Source of the DNA: Syntrophales bacterium
GTDB lineage: Bacteria > Desulfobacterota > Syntrophia > Syntrophales > UBA6807
DNA length: 64,000 nucleotides
Assembly: GCA_040767195.1 (NCBI GenBank)
Contig: JAXGPA010000003.1
Coordinates: 224,001 to 288,000, forward strand
Direction of reading: 5' to 3'
Shown piece after piece: positions 61,914 to 64,000 of the stretch. Numbering within the stretch: position 1 is the stretch's first letter; every line of letters begins with the position of its first letter. A program made the translations under genes and the position numbers. The notes beneath the pieces are model-generated. The model saw nothing but the letters and a program-made list of their open reading frames with translations, made no database searches and had not been told where the DNA came from.

Positions 61914-63539
61914 TCACGAGCCGGGAACCCGGATGCTCCGTATGCCGCCGGGGGCGACGGGGGCGAATTCGGGGACATTGGCGGCGTATCCCTCCTCGTT
62001 GAAGCGGGTCAGGACAACGGGGGGCGTGTCGTTTCCCTCTTCGTCCACGTGGGTGAGGAAGATTTCCGTGTAGGGCCCGTTCGCCTTGGAGCTGAACAAA
62101 AGCCACCGCCCGTTGGACGACCAGCTGTGCCACGAGTTGAAGTCCCCCCGGTTGCAGGTCATCCGCCGGGCCTCGCCTCCCGCCGCCGGGATGATCCACA
62201 GCGCGCTGTCGGGCTGGAGCATGATCCCCGTGGGGCTTTTTGTGAAGACGATCCACTTCCCGTCCGGGGAATACCGGGCGAAGTAATTGCTCATGCCGTT
62301 TTCCGACGCCCCTTCCAGGGGTTCGGCGACCCCGCCCTCACCGCCGTTGAAAGGAACCCGGTAAAGATCGAACCGCATGGGGTAAAGGGCGTTCAATTCG
62401 TGAATCGACCGCTTTTCCATCACCGTGGTCACATTCCGTAAATCCTGATGCACCTCGTTTCTCGTTTTCGCCCGGCAGAAGACGACATGCCGTTCGTCGG
62501 GGCTCCACGCGGGATTGGCCTGGACGAGGCCGTAATCGCTCGCCCCGGGGAGAAGGCGGATCGTTCGGAGCTCCCTGTCGTAAACGGCGATGACGCCATA
62601 GGTAGGAAAGAAGAGCTGGCAGTAGTCGAGATCGTCCATGACCGTGGCGAAGGAGATCTCGTTCACCGAGGCGGCGGCGTACCGGCCTGACGGGGACATG
62701 CGCCCGAAAAGCCCCCGGGTCGGGGGAAGAAGGCCTCCCCGGGGATAATCGCTCCAGGAAAAGAAATCCTCTTTCCCGAGGACCATGTCGGGGCGGATTT
62801 CGGCGATGAACTGGGCGCCGTTGTCACCGCCCAGGTTGTATTCCATGCTCATCCACCGCCCGTCGGCGGAAAAGGCGTGGCAGCTGGCGCAGACCCGCTG
62901 GCCCGTCATGACCGTTGCCGGCTTTTCGTAGGAGGCGATGTCGCCCAGGCGCCACCGGGTCTTTTCGAAGCTCCGGCTCGCCGCGGAAAAAGGAAGAGGG
63001 ATCTGGCGGAAAAAAACGGTGTCTCCCACGGGGTCGACGGAGGTGCCGAAAGTGACGCCGCAGGCGGCGATGACGGTTCCCGGGTCCCCGTTCGAGAGGG
63101 CGCAAACGGTAAGCCATGCCGGGGCGTCCTTCGAATGGGCCTTGATATTTTCCCAGGTCTTCCGGTCCGGCGTCCAGGACATGACATCCGTGAAAACATA
63201 GAGGGGCTTCCTTCCACCTCCGAATTGCACGGAAAGAAGCCAGCAGGAAGACCGCCCGTCGCCGTCCCGCCAGGTCACCGTCGGGGAGGCCATCTCGGCG
63301 GGGAAAAGGGACCCGTCGAAGGGATACGTCACCGAAAGAAGCCCCGACAGGGGCGTTCCTTCCTTCATGGCCGCCGTCACCCGGCACACGAGGGGTTCCA
63401 GCGCCCCGCCGCCCCGGCCCGGCCGGTCCGCCCCGCTGTCCCAGCAGGTCACGCCGGACAGGGAGCACTGGCACAGGACGAGCAGCGGGAAAAGGGCCAG
63501 GAAAGGAAAAAACCTGAAACGCGAATGCCTGTTCTTCAT
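61914..63539 (-). CDS. exported TolB/PD40 beta-propeller protein with a CxxCH motif
   Basis: Signal MKNRHSRFRFFPFLALFPLLVLC; CASCH; NPAWSPD, YSPDGKW and WHSWSSNGRW repeats. Confidence 0.8.
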   Translation of the reverse strand: MKNRHSRFRFFPFLALFPLLVLCQCSLSGVTCWDSGADRPGRGGGALEPLVCRVTAAMKEGTPLSGLLSVTYPFDGSLFPAEMASPTVTWRDGDGRSSCWLLSVQFGGGRKPLYVFTDVMSWTPDRKTWENIKAHSKDAPAWLTVCALSNGDPGTVIAACGVTFGTSVDPVGDTVFFRQIPLPFSAASRSFEKTRWRLGDIASYEKPATVMTGQRVCASCHAFSADGRWMSMEYNLGGDNGAQFIAEIRPDMVLGKEDFFSWSDYPRGGLLPPTRGLFGRMSPSGRYAAASVNEISFATVMDDLDYCQLFFPTYGVIAVYDRELRTIRLLPGASDYGLVQANPAWSPDERHVVFCRAKTRNEVHQDLRNVTTVMEKRSIHELNALYPMRFDLYRVPFNGGEGGVAEPLEGASENGMSNYFARYSPDGKWIVFTKSPTGIMLQPDSALWIIPAAGGEARRMTCNRGDFNSWHSWSSNGRWLLFSSKANGPYTEIFLTHVDEEGNDTPPVVLTRFNEEGYAANVPEFAPVAPGGIRSIRVPGS

Positions 63540-63606
63540 GGACGCTCTCCTGTCTTTTCTTTTACTTCCCGTCATCTTCGCCGCCGCCCCGCCGCTTCCC
63601 CCGGCT

Positions 63607-64000
63607 TCACCGGAAAGACACCGTGGCGGTTGAATCAAGCGGGCCGCCGAGGCGGAGAACGCAGTCGATGGAACGGGGAATCTCATCCTCGAAGTGGGTC
63701 ACGTAAAGGAGCGTGGTCTCCCCCCGCCTTCCCGTTTCGTCGATCAGGTCGAGGAGCGCCCGCCGATTGGGCCCGTCCAGGCCCTGGCAGGGCTCGTCCA
63801 GGATGAGGAGCTCCGGCGGCTTGACGAGGGCCCGCGCCAGGAGGACCATCCGCCTTTCGCCGTAAGAAAGGTGAGCGAAAGGCCTGCCGGCGATATCCCC
63901 GATGCGGAAACGGTAAATCTGATCACGGACCTTTTTCTTCTCTTCCGGCGACAGGTTGCGGTACAAGCCGATGGAATCGAAGAGGCCCGACGCGACGACA
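63607..64000 (-). CDS. ABC ATP-binding protein, ModF-like, C-terminal part (partial)
   Basis: LSYGERRMVLLARALVKPPELLILDEPCQGLD, LYVTH; open at the window edge. Confidence 0.85.
   Translation of the reverse strand, partial: VVASGLFDSIGLYRNLSPEEKKKVRDQIYRFRIGDIAGRPFAHLSYGERRMVLLARALVKPPELLILDEPCQGLDGPNRRALLDLIDETGRRGETTLLYVTHFEDEIPRSIDCVLRLGGPLDSTATVSFR

Overview
This is a GC-rich (roughly 60% by eye) bacterial chromosome segment whose gene content suggests an anaerobic deltaproteobacterium (Syntrophales-like; inference only). Most of it is housekeeping: rpsA-like S1 (partial), aspC-coaD-rsmD, pssA-psd-tsaB-rseP-dxr-cdsA-uppS, an M16 peptidase pair, an M20 hydrolase, phoH-HD-ybeY, mltD-prfB (programmed +1 frameshift)-lnt-corC, tRNA-Leu-tig-clpP-clpX-lon-tRNA-Val-tRNA-Asp, mnmA-mtaB-rnc-radical SAM-era-der, a liv ABC transporter, NUDIX-OFOR-PEPCK-PFK and tandem mtaD-like deaminases. 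There are two accessory patches, about 25.1-30.6 kb (3' of tRNA-Asp) and about 48.3-52.3 kb. The most striking item is absent from the ORF track. At 30097-30517 there is a compact transcription unit: a near-consensus sigma70 promoter, two RBS-preceded paralogous ORFs of 37 and 42 aa, and an intrinsic terminator. Both peptides carry a YEKPxLTxHxKLT motif resembling the RRE-binding leaders of lasso-type RiPP precursors, but their cores are short and not lasso-like, and no RRE or maturase gene is recognisable in the window. Other points of note are a probable CTG start for corC, an apparent inversion of the corC-lnt-prfB block, a trypsin-like protease with a long coiled coil inside its catalytic domain, a PPi-type PFK coupled to PEPCK, and a TolB-like protein with a CxxCH motif. 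No CRISPR array, rRNA, integrase or transposase was seen.
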